From Chiloscyllium plagiosum (lineage: Eukaryota), in assembly GCF_004010195.1 (NCBI RefSeq), contig NC_057718.1, forward strand, positions 21,185,612 to 21,249,611: a stretch of 64,000 nt of DNA. Direction: 5' to 3'. A program made the position numbers and the translations under genes. The notes under the pieces were generated by a model. The model was not told where the DNA came from, ran no database searches, and was given only the letters and a program-made list of their open reading frames with translations. Shown one piece after another: positions 1-12,596 of the stretch (position 1 is its first letter; the number at the start of each line of letters is the position of its first letter).

Positions 1-115
1 CACTGACACCACCTCCAGTATCTTCTGAGGTACAGGTCCATAACTAGATAAGCCTTTGACAGAAATTAATTTTCCCTCATCTCTATCCTAAAAATGAAAC
101 CACCAATTTTAAAAC

Positions 116-243
116 CAAAAGAACTGTGGTTGCTGTAAATAAGAAACAAAACCAGAAGTTCCAAGAAAAGCTCAGCAGGTCTGGCAGCATCTGTGAAGAA
201 AAATTAGAGTTAACATTTCGGGCCTGGTAACCCTTCCTCAGAA
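116..243 (-). mobile_element. Penelope-like element terminal fragment (family A) with 15-bp TSD
   Basis: Contains ctcagcaggtctggcagcatctg, shared with the other family A termini; flanked by caccaattttaaaac at 101-115 and 244-258. Confidence 0.75.
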
Positions 244-244
244 C
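209..244 (-). ncRNA. Minimal hammerhead ribozyme motif (PLE family A)
   Basis: Minus strand: gtt CTGAGGA a gggtt accag gccc GAAA tgtt aac; stem I gtt/aac. Confidence 0.55.
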
Positions 245-1407
245 ACCAATTTTAAAACATTGTTACCAAGTTCTGGACTCATCCATAAAGTAAACATCCT
301 TCTCACATCCACCTTATCACAATCATTCAGGGTCTTATAAACTTCAATCTAGTCAGTACTTGCTTTGTCGAACTCTGGTGAAAACAAGCCCAACCTGTGC
401 AATCTTTCTTCATAACACAACCTGCTAATTTCAGGAGTCAATCCAGTAAACCTCATGTGAACTGTTTTCAATGCATTTATATTGTTTATTAAACAGAGTC
501 TAAACAATAAAGTACATGCGATGTGGTCTCACAACTGCCCTGTATAACTGAGGCATAGAATCCCTACCTTTCTTTGCTCAATTTCTTTGATAATACATGT
601 AGCTGTTTTGATGAAGACAACTAATTTAATTCATTTAAATATGCTTCTAAACAGGATGACACTTCTATGCTTCAAGCTGTCTTGTGTAATTAATACAAAT
701 AGGTTTGAGTATCTGAACTTGCTGACCTTTTCTGCCTTCAACCGAGTAAGAAATCCACTTTTGATTCTGTCCGAATAACACATTTCCCTCGCCCCAGGAG
801 AACAAAACTATGTCACATACTAAACTGAATGCTTTTTCCCTAACATGGAATAATATTCACTCATACAGTACAAATGTTTCCAGCCATATACCAGTCAAAC
901 TGTTTAATGATATAATCTATGGAAGTATTTTCTTAAAACTATAATTTCTACCCTAGCCAAGCATATGTTCCATGCATATATCAGAACTGATGTTATTCTA
1001 AGTACAAATTTATGCAATTTATGTTCCATTTAAGACTTCTGTGAAATTTTGTAACAAATTGGTTCCATGTAAACTGGTCAGTAACAAGGGTCCATATTGT
1101 GCCTGTAGCCAATATGTAACAAGTATAATTGTACATGCTATGATTACAATGTTTACATTTTCTGCTGTTATGGGAAGGAGGCTAATTAAACTCCAACACA
1201 AATATACAAAAACAATTAGAAAAATACTGTCTTTAGGATCCAGCTGAATCTGTTCTTTTCCTTTTATCTATAGTATTCATTTTCTTTGTGGGAACAAAAA
1301 TCTAAGAAAATTTAGAAGACAATGCAATTGTTTGTATTGAGTCGGTATTTCACCATCTCTACAAAGCTGCCCTGTCCAACAATAAAAATAATTTGTTAAT
1401 GCTCTTC

Positions 1408-1505
1408 TATAGTCAGCAGTGTGCTCCCATACCTCTGTGCCAAAGGTTCAAGTCCCACTGGCCACAGAAGTGTGTCAAAACATGTCCAACCAGGTTGATT
1501 AAAAT
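1408..1505 (+). mobile_element. Short (~100 bp) tRNA-derived SINE
   Basis: B-box-like ggttcaagtccc followed by gtgtgtca...aacatg...caggttgattaaaa; related copies at 16005-16140 and 63208-63312. Confidence 0.5.
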
Positions 1506-1799
1506 GACTATCACCGAATTGCTCCACTGTCAGGGGGCGCAGCGGTGGATTGTGCAAAACGCAAGTGGTGAATATTCTGTTATCCAAGATTATCACACAA
1601 AAAATAAAGCAGCATAGGAGGAACTGCAAAACGACTTACCAACACAATATGAAGAATTCATAGGTTGCAAATATCAGGAAGTTTAAATTGGGCTGGGCTG
1701 TTTTCTCTAGAAATTTTACGTGTCTCTCTCCCTCAACCTAGCAAATAATTAGCTATTTTTTGTTGGATCTGAACAGAGCAAAACTTAAAATATTTAAAT

Positions 1800-2150
1800 G
1801 AAATTCACGAAATACTTCAAAAAGGATAGACAGGACAGATGTAAGAAAGATGTTTCATTCTGTCTGGGGAACCTAGAATCAGGGAGATGCCATTTGGGAC
1901 CAAGATGAAGAGAACATTTTTGAAAGCTCAAAGGTTGTGAAGCATTGGAACTTTCCAATGATTGTCGAGGACTGTGGAAGTTCAGTATTTAAGAATGTTT
2001 AAAGTCGAGATTGTTTATCAATTGCAGAAAGGATTATCAGTATAACATAAGTCAAATAGTTTCAAGTGTTCAATCAGCCCGCACCAGCAACAACTATATT
2101 AGATAGTGCAACAAGCTCACCAAGCTGAATGGCCTACTCTTTTCCAATGA
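1800..2150 (+). mobile_element. Degraded CR1 3' end
   Basis: ctagaatcaggg and gctgaatggcctactc motifs of CR1 3' ends. Confidence 0.5.
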
Positions 2151-2913
2151 AATGTTTAGGAAAATCTAATAATGCATGGCACAGGACTGACACTGAAGTG
2201 CAGAAATGTTGCCAAGGTTGAACAATTAACTACAGTGGTACAGCAGGATGTCAGATATTGCCAGACACGGTGTGTTGCTCCAGCACTTTGTTCTTGTTTT
2301 GATGAATGGTTATCTCGTCATAAAGCATCGATAGTCCTGTGTTTAATTCCTGTCCACTGCCAGCTGAAATTCTTGGTGGCTGCAACACATTAATTCCACC
2401 ACGTTTCCTTAAACCTGAAAGGGAAAAGTTAAAGCAACATTTCTCTTACATGCCAATGGAAATTTGGCAAAAGGGGTTCAAAGCATGGTAAAAAGCTTCA
2501 ATAATTGCAAAGTATGTACATACAATTAGATGTGAATATGTTAATAGATTTGAATATGATTAAATAATATAGTCAAGTGTACTAACTTGCAATGTAGAGT
2601 AGAATGAACACCATTGGTTAGCAGTGTAAATGTGTAATCTTTTTATTGAAAAAAAACTTACCTGTAAAAATAGTATAATACCATCATTTTATATAAAATT
2701 GGAGATTTTTGCACCATTTTTGATGAGTGCACCTCCCATACATACATGAATAAATGCTTAGACAAAGAAATCCTAATATCATTTGGTCTTTGAGAGATGA
2801 TAGGGTAAGGATTTCCCCTTTCAGGATGGGGGCACATACAGTCAAAAGCAAAATACTTGGTGAGTGGTGCTGGAAGAGCACAGCAGTTCAGGCAGCATCC
2901 AAGGAGCAGTAAA

Positions 2914-2949
2914 ATTCAACGTTTCAGGCAAAAGCCTTTCATCAGGAAT
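2914..2949 (-). ncRNA. Minimal hammerhead ribozyme motif (PLE family A)
   Basis: Minus strand: attc CTGATGA a aggc tttt gcct GAAA cgtt gaat; stem I attc/gaat, stem II aggc/gcct, GUU triplet. Confidence 0.7.
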
Positions 2950-3037
2950 AAAGGCAGACAGGCTGAAGAGTGGAGAGATAAGCTAGAGGAGGGTGGGGGT
3001 GGGGAGAAAGTAGAATAGAGTACAATAGGTGAGTGGG

Positions 3038-3641
3038 NNNNNNNNNNNNNNNNNNNNNNNNNNNNNNNNNNNNNNNNNNNNNNNNNNNNNNNNNNNNNNN
3101 NNNNNNNNNNNNNNNNNNNNNNNNNNNNNNNNNNNNNNNNNNNNNNNNNNNNNNNNNNNNNNNNNNNNNNNNNNNNNNNNNNNNNNNNNNNNNNNNNNNN
3201 NNNNNNNNNNNNNNNNNNNNNNNNNNNNNNNNNNNNNNNNNNNNNNNNNNNNNNNNNNNNNNNNNNNNNNNNNNNNNNNNNNNNNNNNNNNNNNNNNNNN
3301 NNNNNNNNNNNNNNNNNNNNNNNNNNNNNNNNNNNNNNNNNNNNNNNNNNNNNNNNNNNNNNNNNNNNNNNNNNNNNNNNNNNNNNNNNNNNNNNNNNNN
3401 NNNNNNNNNNNNNNNNNNNNNNNNNNNNNNNNNNNNNNNNNNNNNNNNNNNNNNNNNNNNNNNNNNNNNNNNNNNNNNNNNNNNNNNNNNNNNNNNNNNN
3501 NNNNNNNNNNNNNNNNNNNNNNNNNNNNNNNNNNNNNNNNNNNNNNNNNNNNNNNNNNNNNNNNNNNNNNNNNNNNNNNNNNNNNNNNNNNNNNNNNNNN
3601 NNNNNNNNNNNNNNNNNNNNNNNNNNNNNNNNNNNNNNNNN
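3038..3641. other. Assembly gap (604 N)
   Basis: Run of N lying inside a Penelope-like element. Confidence 1.
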
Positions 3642-4114
3642 TGGGAAGGGAAATTGCGGTCTCTAAAGAAGGAGGCCATCTGGTGTGTTCTGTGTGGAAC
3701 TGGTCCTCCTGGGAGCAGATCCGGCGGAGGCGGAGGAATTGGGAATACGGGATGGCATTTTTGCAAGAGGTAGGGTGGGAAGAGGTGTAATCCAAGTAGC
3801 TGTGGGAGTCGGTGGATTTGTAAAAATTGTCAGTGTCAAGTCGGTACTCATTAATGGAAATGGAGAGGTCCAGGAAGGGGAGGGAGGTGTCAGAGATGGT
3901 CCAGGTAAATTTAAGGTCAGGGTGGAATGCGTTGGTGAAGTTGATGAATTGCTCAACCTCCTCGCGAGAGCACAAGGTGGCGCCAATGCAGTCATCCATG
4001 TAGCGGAGGAAGAGGTGGGGAGTGATGCCAGTGTAATTACGGAAGATCGACTGTTCTACATAGCCAACAAAGAGACGGGCATAGCTGGGGCCAAAATATC
4101 TGCACATCATTTGT

Positions 4115-4446
4115 GGGCGGCACGGTGGCACAGTGGTTAGCACTGCTGCCTCACAGCGCCAGAGACCCGAGTTCAATTCCCGCCTCAGGCGACTGACTGT
4201 GTGGAGTTTGCACGTTCTCCCCGTGTCTGCGTGGGTTTCCTCCGGGTGCTCCGGTTTCCTCCCACCATCCAAAGATGTGCAGGGTCAGGTGAATTGGCCA
4301 TACTAAATTGCCTGTAGTGTTAGGTAAGGGGTAAATGTAGGGGTATGGGTGGGTTTCGCTTCGGCGGGTCGGTGTGGACGTGTTGGGCCGAAGGGCCTGT
4401 TTCCACACTGTAATCTAATCTAATCTAATCTAATCTAATCTAATCA
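4115..4446 (+). mobile_element. HE1-type V-SINE, full length and young
   Basis: tRNA-like head (tggcacagtggttag, gttcaattcc), V-domain (gtttgcacgttctccccgtgtctgcgtgggtttcctccggg), CR1-like tail and (taatc)n end. Confidence 0.92.
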
Positions 4447-4479
4447 ACTTCCTCAAAACACAATCTGTTCAAGCCTGTT

Positions 4480-5560
4480 TCCCCACTCCTCAAAGTTCTC
4501 ATTCACAACAAGGTCCCTTTCCTTAGTGAAAGCTGAAGCAAAAAACCCATTTAGGGCTTCCCCTAGCTGCTCAGACTCCACACACAAGTTCCCTACATTA
4601 TCCCTGACCGACCCTACCTTCTCCCTGATCATTCACTTGTTCCTCATGTAAGAGTAAAATGCCTTTGAGTTCTCTCTAATCCTTCCTGGCAAACCTTTTT
4701 CCATGTCCCCTCCTGGCTCTCCTCAGTCCATTTTTTGAGTTCCTTCCTAGCAAGCCTGTAATCCTCTAAAGCTATGCTAGACCCTTGTTTCCTCCATCTT
4801 ACATAAACTGCCTTCTTCCTTTTCACTAGAAGCTCCTCTGTTCTCCTCATCCAAGATTCTTTAATCTTACCCCTTCTTGCCTGTCTCAGAGGAACAAATT
4901 TATGAATCACTCGCAACAACTGTTCCTTAACAGTCTCCACATGCCTGTTGTGCCCTTTCTGTGGAACAATTGCTCCCAATCTATACTTCCCAACTCCTGT
5001 CTGATATCATAATTTCCTTTTTCCCAATTAAATGTTTTCCCATGGTAACTGCTCCTTCCCCTCTCCATGGCTGTGGTAAATGTGAGGCAGTTGTGGTCAC
5101 TGTCACCAAAGTGTTCGCCCACTGCAAGATCTGACACCTGTCCTGGTTCATGGCTGAGCACCAAATTCGAAATGGCCTCTCCCCTCGTCGGACTGTCAAC
5201 ATACTGAGTAAGGATACCTTCCTGAACACACCTGACAAAAACTGCTCCATCCAAACCATCTGCAGTAAGAAGGTTCTAATCAATATTAGGAAAGTTGAAG
5301 TCACCCATAACAACAACCCTGCTACATCTGCAATTTTCCAAAATCTGCCAGCCTATGAGTTATTTGATCTCCCTACTGCTATTTGGAGGTCTTCTACAGA
5401 CCCCCTATGAGGTTACTGCTCTCTTGCTGTTCCTAACTTCCACCCATACTGACTCAGTCGACAAACCTTCTACGACAACCTTCATTTCTGTAGCTGTGCT
5501 GCACTTTTTGATTAGCAATGCTACACCTCCTCCTCTTTTCCCTCCTTCCTATTCTTTTTT
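4480..5560 (-). mobile_element. CR1 LINE ORF2 fragment (AP endonuclease C-terminus and linker), frameshifted
   Basis: Minus-strand peptides LTQYVDSPTRGEAI...GEHFGDSDHN and FVPLRQ...KESWM. Confidence 0.85.
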
Positions 5561-6519
5561 GTTCCAAATTTCAGTAGCTACCATGCATGACTTAATGGCT
5601 AGTAAACCTTAGTTAAGTTGGGGTTATCATACTTATGCAGGGAAGATGTAAAATGCCACTGTAGTTAGGTGGGTAATATCACTGTCTTTCTCTTTCATTC
5701 TATTATCCTCCACCCCTATCTTAAATGCACTTTTAGTTATATCTGATTATTTAGAACACTGGAAAAACTTAGTGCTTTATGTGTTGCTTTTAGCCCCTTT
5801 GTTGATTTCATAGTTCTTCCGGACACCCAGTTAAGCAGCATCAATTTTTCAACTTCAGTCTACGTGACTAGGAGTTGGCTAGACTGCACAGCGAGCTAAT
5901 TTCAGCAATGAAACTAGTCAAACCAAAAGCAGCATATGCCCCAAATATTCAGTCAGAGAGAGGACAATGTACGCTCACGAACAAATAACTACAATTTTGT
6001 TGCGACAACAGGTCAGAATCCCACAGTATTATGGACATTTTTAACTCTTAATTCTGAAATGTGTTTTTTTAAGAGAGGATTGCTGGAGAGGCCATAACTG
6101 CAGGTTTCAAAAAATGGGACTGTGTATTGAACTTGGGTTGCAACATTTAAAAGATGTCAAAGAAATTTCAAACAAACTGGACTGTAATCTCCTGTGACTA
6201 CAGAGATAATGAGGAGCTGACAACATCCTATGCAACAGAAAACTACCTCTTTTGGATTATGTCCCAAACTACAGGCATATTTGTTTTCCCTTTCAAGAAT
6301 GCACAGGGAAAGAGATTAAAAAGCCAGATATTACACTGGAGTGGATTAGTGGGACTGAATGCCCTTGTATGTACCAGGTTGGGTTTGCATTAGCATGCAG
6401 TCATGGTCAAAGAATTTCCCCCTAGTTACCATTGAAGCAAGTGAAGACCCCCCTATAATGCTGCTAAAAAAGTTAAAAAAGAAACTGAACAAAAAGACTC
6501 TTTCATCCTGAATGCTGCA

Positions 6520-6648
6520 CCTGACTTCACCTGATAAAGGAGCAGTGCTCTGAAAGCTTGTGATTTTAAATAAAATTCCTGGAAAATAACCTGGTGTTGT
6601 GTGATTTCTGACTTTGTCCATCCCAGTTCAACACTGGCACCTCCACAT
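6520..6648 (+). mobile_element. PLE family C terminal fragment with decayed hammerhead
   Basis: cctgataaaggagcagtgctctgaaagc...ataacctggtgttgtgtgattt, homologous to 42122-42332 and 58586-58745; imperfect flanking duplication catcctgaa(t)gctg. Confidence 0.7.
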
Positions 6649-7050
6649 CCTGAAGCTGGAATTCAACAAAGGTGAAAAGCATCAGAATTACAGATATTGC
6701 ACTATTATCCAAAATGGAGAGTCATGAAGTTGATTGTTCACCTACCAATGTTACCTTCATTGCAGCAGCCACAATGTTCGACAACCCAATCTTCATGATC
6801 AATTCAGAGACAGATCAATATATGTGAGCTTTTAAACTTTTATCTTTTGGACTCACCTCTTCTTTCTAGTCAATATGCATGTTATGTTGTGTTATTAACT
6901 CTTCTCATATTGAGTATTTAATAAACTCACACTTTGTTAATTCAAGGAAGTCTGGTCACATTGGCTCTTTTTAAAACACAGGGTTATTTGGGTTAGGGAG
7001 AAAGGAATATTACTAAATTAACCTTGTTGCAAACAGCTGAGGGTAGGTGA

Positions 7051-7417
7051 TAGCGAGTTTTCACAAAATTTGTAGCTCAGGTTGATGTTCTGGATGTAGA
7101 TTTGCTTGCGGAGCTGGAAGGTTTGGTTTCAGATGTTTCGTCACTATATTAGGTAACATCATTAGTGAGCTTCCGGATGAAACACTGGTGGTATGGCCCG
7201 CTCTTTATTAATGTGTTTAGATTTCCTTGGGATGGCGATGTCATTTCCTGTGGTGATGATCACCACAGGAAATGACATACCAACCCAAGGAAACCTAAAC
7301 ACAAACAAAAAGCTGGCCATACCACCAGTGCTTCATCCAGAGGCTCACTGATGTTACCTAGTATGGTGACAAAATGTCTGAAACCGAACCTTCCAGTTCA
7401 GCGAACAAATCTACATC
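7051..7417. mobile_element. PLE family B foldback mini-element
   Basis: About 165-bp inverted arms centred near 7258 plus a ~40-nt unpaired tail (tttgtagctcaggtt); 14-bp TSD ctgagggtaggtga at 7037-7050 and 7418-7431. Confidence 0.85.
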
Positions 7418-8977
7418 CTGAGGGTAGGTGAATTTAACAAAAACGGAGCTGGTTCATCCCTCATCACCCAGACATCTAACAGGTTGGGATATTCCATCTG
7501 GAACAGCAATGCTTTATGGATCCTCACTTTTGGAGTATGCTCATAATAAGTTTGGCAAATTCAGGGATAAAAAGATTAGTTGAAGGAATTCAGGGATAAA
7601 AACAAGAATTCAAAATGACAGAGAAGTAAACAAAAGCTTTTACATTTAACTTACTTAAAACAATTTTCAGCAAAACTACAGGTGATTAACATGATTAATA
7701 ACCATTTGCCCATAGAAAACTTGGATTAAATGCATACAAAATAGATCACTGCAGAGACATACACCATCGAGTTGAATGGGTGATCAGGAAATCTAAAAGT
7801 TTCCAAGTTATGCTCACATTTTGGAGAGTTACTGCATTTACCAAGTTGTGTTTGGGCAAATCATTCTCAACAATGACCTTGATTGCTGAAGATTTGTTGA
7901 AGGAAATCAGCCACTTGCATTTAATATTGTTACAATGAAAAGACTGTAAAGCTATTTTTTTCTCTCCAATAAAAGAATGGTTTCCCAAACAGTGTTCTGT
8001 CAACTCAACCTGACTTCATGGAGTCATACAGCATAGAAGAGGCTATTCAGCCCATCAAATTTTTAATATTCCAATCTCAAATACTGACCACATCAGTGAA
8101 GAGCCCATAACAGTGTTTTGCAATTTATTCTGCAGAGGGTCCAAAAACTAATTTATTCTGGAAATTATTTCTTAAATAGCCATTATTGCTAAAATCAGTC
8201 AAGTTAAAAGCAATCAAAATCAACCCAATCTAATAAACATTGGGGTTACAATTAAGAAATAAAAACTCTCAATGTGTGTTACGGACGAGACCAAACCCCT
8301 CAAAATATATTAGTAAATAGATCAGCTTTCAGCTGTACCAGAGAGAGAAATAAGAACTTCCACATCCAGTTTCAGTACTCCAGCAACTACAGAGAGCTAA
8401 ATCCAGAAATCCCGGTTCTGGGGGAGTTTAACCTCATCCATTCAGGCTGCTTCTACTTTTAAAAACAACTGAATGCCTTAAAAGCTGTTTACTTTATTGG
8501 CTTTGAGCAGGTTGCTCAACACGCCTGTCTCAACCTTGCTCATTAAAAACAAAACAGGACAAAATACACCTCTTAAAACCACAGTATCAGCACACATGAC
8601 ATTAAAAAATAAAATCAATTTAGCTTACTTTATTTAAACTCTAAGCAAACTTGCATATCCTCAATTACTCCCAACATTATTAGATTATGTGTTGCTTATA
8701 GAACTAATATCCACTACAAAAAATAACTCTGTTCATTTAACCTGAAAAGGAAAATATAAATAACCGGAAACAATACCATTTAACAACAGGGAAAACATCA
8801 TAATGTGTCTCCTTACAGTAAAGATTCTTTTAAGATGGAACACTCGTCTGAGCAAAGTAACAAAACACAAGGATAACGTCAAGTCTTGTATAAATCCTAT
8901 GAGTAATTTAAAAGCAAACGGCAACTTTAAATCCAAAGTTCACCACTGCAGCAAAATAAGTTGGTGAGACTACCTAC

Positions 8978-9116
8978 CAGAAAGAACAACCTCAATCAAG
9001 TCCCCTTCATGAATTTCTTCTGCTGATATCAGCCTCTGTAGGATGTTCTCAGAATTGAGGTCATGGCGAAAGAGCAAGATCTTGTCATACATTCCAAAAA
9101 AGCCACATTCTGGGAA
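8978..9116 (-). CDS. PRKD3: Internal coding exon (second coding exon, ubiquitin-like N-terminal domain) of serine/threonine protein kinase D3
   Basis: The minus strand reads tgtttttattttag|TTC CCA GAA...GTT GTT CTT TCT G|gtaggta, a 139-nt exon encoding [46 protein letters not shown] plus 1 nt, with canonical AG/GT. The peptide is the conserved PKD segment. GFFG, xNSENIL and EIHEGD match PRKD3 rather than PRKD1 (GFYG, DPTSEN, DIQEGD) as I recall those sequences. Missed by the ORF track. Confidence 0.93.
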
Positions 9117-10164
9117 CTAAAATAAAAACAGATTAGATATTTACAGATGCCAAATTCTCCTAATCTGATAATCAATTTATCTTCAGTATGACTCAACAAT
9201 ACAGATTTTCTGCTTAAAAAAAATCGAGATGAAGAATGGCCTTGTTTTTATTGCTGTCACAAAAAACTGTTTCCTTTGAATTAAAAGGTGTACATAACAA
9301 TACGGTTAGATTTATATGCACATCAAAATATACCTGGAGTACATTGATATGTTAATAAAATCTGAAATTCTAGTATTTTGAGATATACATTGAGATTTTG
9401 GACACATTTTGCTGAAATGTTCTGGTTTGCCAAGTGGTGTAAAATTGCAATTGAATTCTTAGTTACCACATGTCAAACCATGCCCATTTTGCACTGACAA
9501 TCCCAGAGAGGCAGAAGATAATTTTGCAGCAAAAATAATCATACTCGGGTTGACTTATGCCTCAAATCCTCATTTTTTACTACCAGGTAATTTCCTTTCA
9601 ACTAGAAAAAAAATAACAAATATTTTTTCCTCTAGTTACATACTTCTACCAAGTGAAAAAAAAAATCGTCAAATGGCCTATAGTACAGTTCAAATTTGAG
9701 CATCCAGAGGACTGAAAGGGGCCACAAAAATGCACAACTTTGAAATATCTTTTTAGATGTTGAATGTTACATAACATTGCTACAAACAACAAGCATTTGT
9801 ATAGCACAGTCACAACAGTTAAGTATTTCAACATATCTCAGAGGAGCAACCAACAATAATCAATGTGATAATTAAGAGATGTGACCAAAGTAAAAATTGG
9901 TTAGCAAACATCTGAAGTTAGAAAGCTTCAAATTAATTTACAGACAGTGTACTAACACCTGGGCCTGAAGACAGAAAGGGTCTTTCACTAATGTCAAAGT
10001 GGAAATATGAACCTGGTTAGAGTTGATGCGAATTTTGAACGAGGATGCATAGTAATAGGAAACAGTCATATGAAATTTAGAAATGAGGGTGAAGATTTCA
10101 AATTCACCAACTTGGAGGTAGAATTTTGCGAGAGAAAAAAGATATAGAAGCAGAAGCAAGCAAC

Positions 10165-11440
10165 TTTGCCCAAGTTGGCTGTGTCCTTCAATGAGATCAT
10201 GGCTGATCAGACAATCCTCAAATCTACTTTTCCCCCTTAATCTTGGTTCCCTTATTGATTAAACATCTATCCATCTCAGCCCTGAAAACAGTTAATATCA
10301 CAGCCTTGACAGCCACCTGTGGTAAAGTCGTCCATAGATTCACTACCCTCGTAGAATAAAAATCCTCCTCAATTCTGTCTTATTGAGCAATCCTTTACTC
10401 AGATCTGGTCCTTGTCTTTCCAATAAGGAGAAACAACCTCTCTCCAGATACACTGTCAAGCCCTCTCAGAGTCTTGTGTGGTTTAATAAGGTCATCTCTC
10501 ATTCTTCTAAGTTCCAATGAGTACAGGCCTATCCTCGTCAATCTTTCCCCATTAGACAGGTCCTCGATATCCAGACGACAGCCTCACGAACCTTCTCAGG
10601 ACTGTCTCCAATGTCAGTATATTTTTCCTTAGGCAAAGGGCCTAAAACTATTCACAGTATTCCAGTTTTGGTCTGACAAATGCCTTGTATCATTTTAGCA
10701 AAACCTCCGTACATTTACACTCCAACGTTCCAATGCACTTTCCTATCACCCACTGAACTTTACCACTAGCTTTTTGTGATTGATGAATGAGGATTTCCAA
10801 ACCTTTGTGCTGTAACTTTCTGTAGTCTATTTATTCAGCTCCTCTGTTCTTTCTGTTAAAATACAGAAACACATTTACAATGAGATTCCATTTGCCAAAG
10901 TTTTATCCCCTCACTTAAGCTCTCTACATCATTCTGCACTCTCTTTGTGTCATCTTCATCACTTGCCTTCCCACCTAATTTTGTCTTCCGCAAATGCAGC
11001 TTCAGTACGTTCACTTCCCTCATCCAAGTCAATAATATATATTGCAAAATTATTGTGGTCCCAACACTGATCCCTGTGGCACGACACTTGTTACAAGTTG
11101 ACATTCTGAAATGCCCCCAATTCGTTAGTTAGCTAATTTTATATATTACATATTACTTCCCTTAAGACTCTTAACATTTTCCCAATAACAGACATTAAGC
11201 TATCTGGCTTGTAGTTATCTATTTTCTTGACTCCTTCCTTTTTTGAGTAAAGGTAAAACAGGGGCAGTTTTCCAATCCTCTGGGACTTTTCCAAAGCCTA
11301 AGGATTCTTGGATGTTTACTACCAGGCCCTTCACTATCCCTGTAGTTGCTTCCTTAATATCCTTATATGCATCGCTTCAGGTCCAAGAACTATTCAGTCT
11401 TTAACACCATTGGCTTCTCTAACATCTCTTCTCTCATGGT
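10165..11440 (-). mobile_element. Old CR1 LINE 3' region (RT to 3' UTR), degraded
   Basis: Minus-strand peptide TKLGGKAS.EDDTKRVQNDVESLSE..KLWQM; 3' UTR motif gatcatggctgatc. Confidence 0.75.
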
Positions 11441-12154
11441 AGTTACTTTATGTATTTATTGAAAGCAAGACTTAGAATATACCATGTCAACAAAAGCTCA
11501 TATCATTTGAAGTTCAGGTGGCTGGAGGGGGAATGCTGTGTATATAGACCTAGGAAGTGAATTCAACAGAATTAGGGAGTTCAATAAAGAAAGCAAGGCA
11601 GAGAGTGACACTGAGAGAGGTGACAATAGCAAGTCTCAGTGTTATATAGAACAGTGGGCCTGAGGTAATGGTTCTCACTTCTCACTGGGCTTGCTGGCAT
11701 ATACATACATCAAGCTCAATATTGTCAGACATCATGCGTGAGTAAAAAACCCAAATAACACTGTTTTCTAATGTATTAGCTTAGATTGCTGTCTCTCTTG
11801 CACTTCAAATTTCAATAAAATTTCAACAAATAGCTGATTCGATATTGTCATAGTCTACCATCAACAAAATCAATAAATTACATTTATTTCATACGTAATT
11901 TTACTGAAGTGCCATATTTATTCAATATGTGTCAAACTATTGGAACAGATTAAAACCTGTGGATGCATTAAATTTGGCAACAAAACAGGAGGCTTCATTC
12001 TAGCACTGACAAGATACTATACGTGGCACAGTACAGAGTTGCTACTTCTTTAGTGCTAATATTTAAATTGTGTGTGGAATAAATTATAAAACCTTAACCT
12101 TTCGGGAATTGCTGAATCATATGCAAAAACACAAGCTCTAAAATGATTGCTTTC

Positions 12155-12497
12155 ATTGAATCACAGAATCCGTACAGTGCAGATAGAAGCCATTCAGTCC
12201 ATCGAGGCTGCACTGACCTTCAAAAAAGCATCTCACCGAGACACTCACTCACCTCCATTCTATTCCCATAACCTGGCATTTACCTTACCTAACCCACCTA
12301 GCCTGCACATCAATGGACAATACAGGACAACTTAGCATCACCAATTCACCTATGCTGTACATCTTTGGACGAAGGGAAGAAACTAGAGAACTCAGCAGAA
12401 ATCCACGCAAATACAAGGAAATTGTGTAAATTCCACACGGTTACCAAAGGCTGGAATCCCTGTACTGTGAAACAGCAGTGATAACCACTGTGCCGAA
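12155..12497 (-). mobile_element. Degraded HE1-like V-SINE
   Basis: Diverged match to cacatctttggac...acccacgcagacac...aaactccacac...agcagtgctaaccactgtgcc. Confidence 0.7.
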
Positions 12498-12596
12498 TCT
12501 AGAACATATTATAAATCAAGAACTTTTCAATGTACTCTAAGTTCATTCTCTCGTGATTTTTTTTGAGAGATATATAATTTGAATTGATTAAGCAGC

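Larger units (their letters stand above)
1..560 (-). mobile_element. Degraded CR1-clade LINE 3' fragment
   Basis: Resembles the reverse complement of the CR1 ORF2 C-terminus seen elsewhere in the window; interrupted by the PLE at 116-243. Confidence 0.55.
2850..4093 (-). mobile_element. 5'-truncated Penelope-like retroelement (family A): RT C-terminal half plus 3' terminus, spanning the gap
   Basis: Minus-strand peptide GPSYARLFVGYVEQ...FLRYMDDCIG...LPFLDL...YKSTDSHSYLDYTSSHP...KNAIPYSQFLRLRRICS is a PLE-type RT with thumb. The terminal repeat with a hammerhead core lies at about 2860-2950. Confidence 0.9.

Noticed and set aside
1634..1710. Possible small minus-strand exon ending at G|gtaagt (1640)
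   Set aside because: Poor polypyrimidine tract at the nearest acceptor and no PKD-like peptide.
4115..4190. tRNA-like sequences with A/B boxes
   Set aside because: They are SINE heads continuous with SINE bodies, with no complete cloverleaf; not tRNA genes.
2942..4272. Long ORFs (429, 274, 253 and 246 aa) across 2942-4272
   Set aside because: Length is inflated by the N gap. The 429-aa ORF is a chance fusion of antisense HE1 SINE with a truncated PLE RT.
5870..8600. Possible solo-LTR remnants at about 5900-7550 and 8276-8595 (also about 51170-51560)
   Set aside because: They look LTR-like, but I could not define paired termini, a TSD or a family from the sequence alone.
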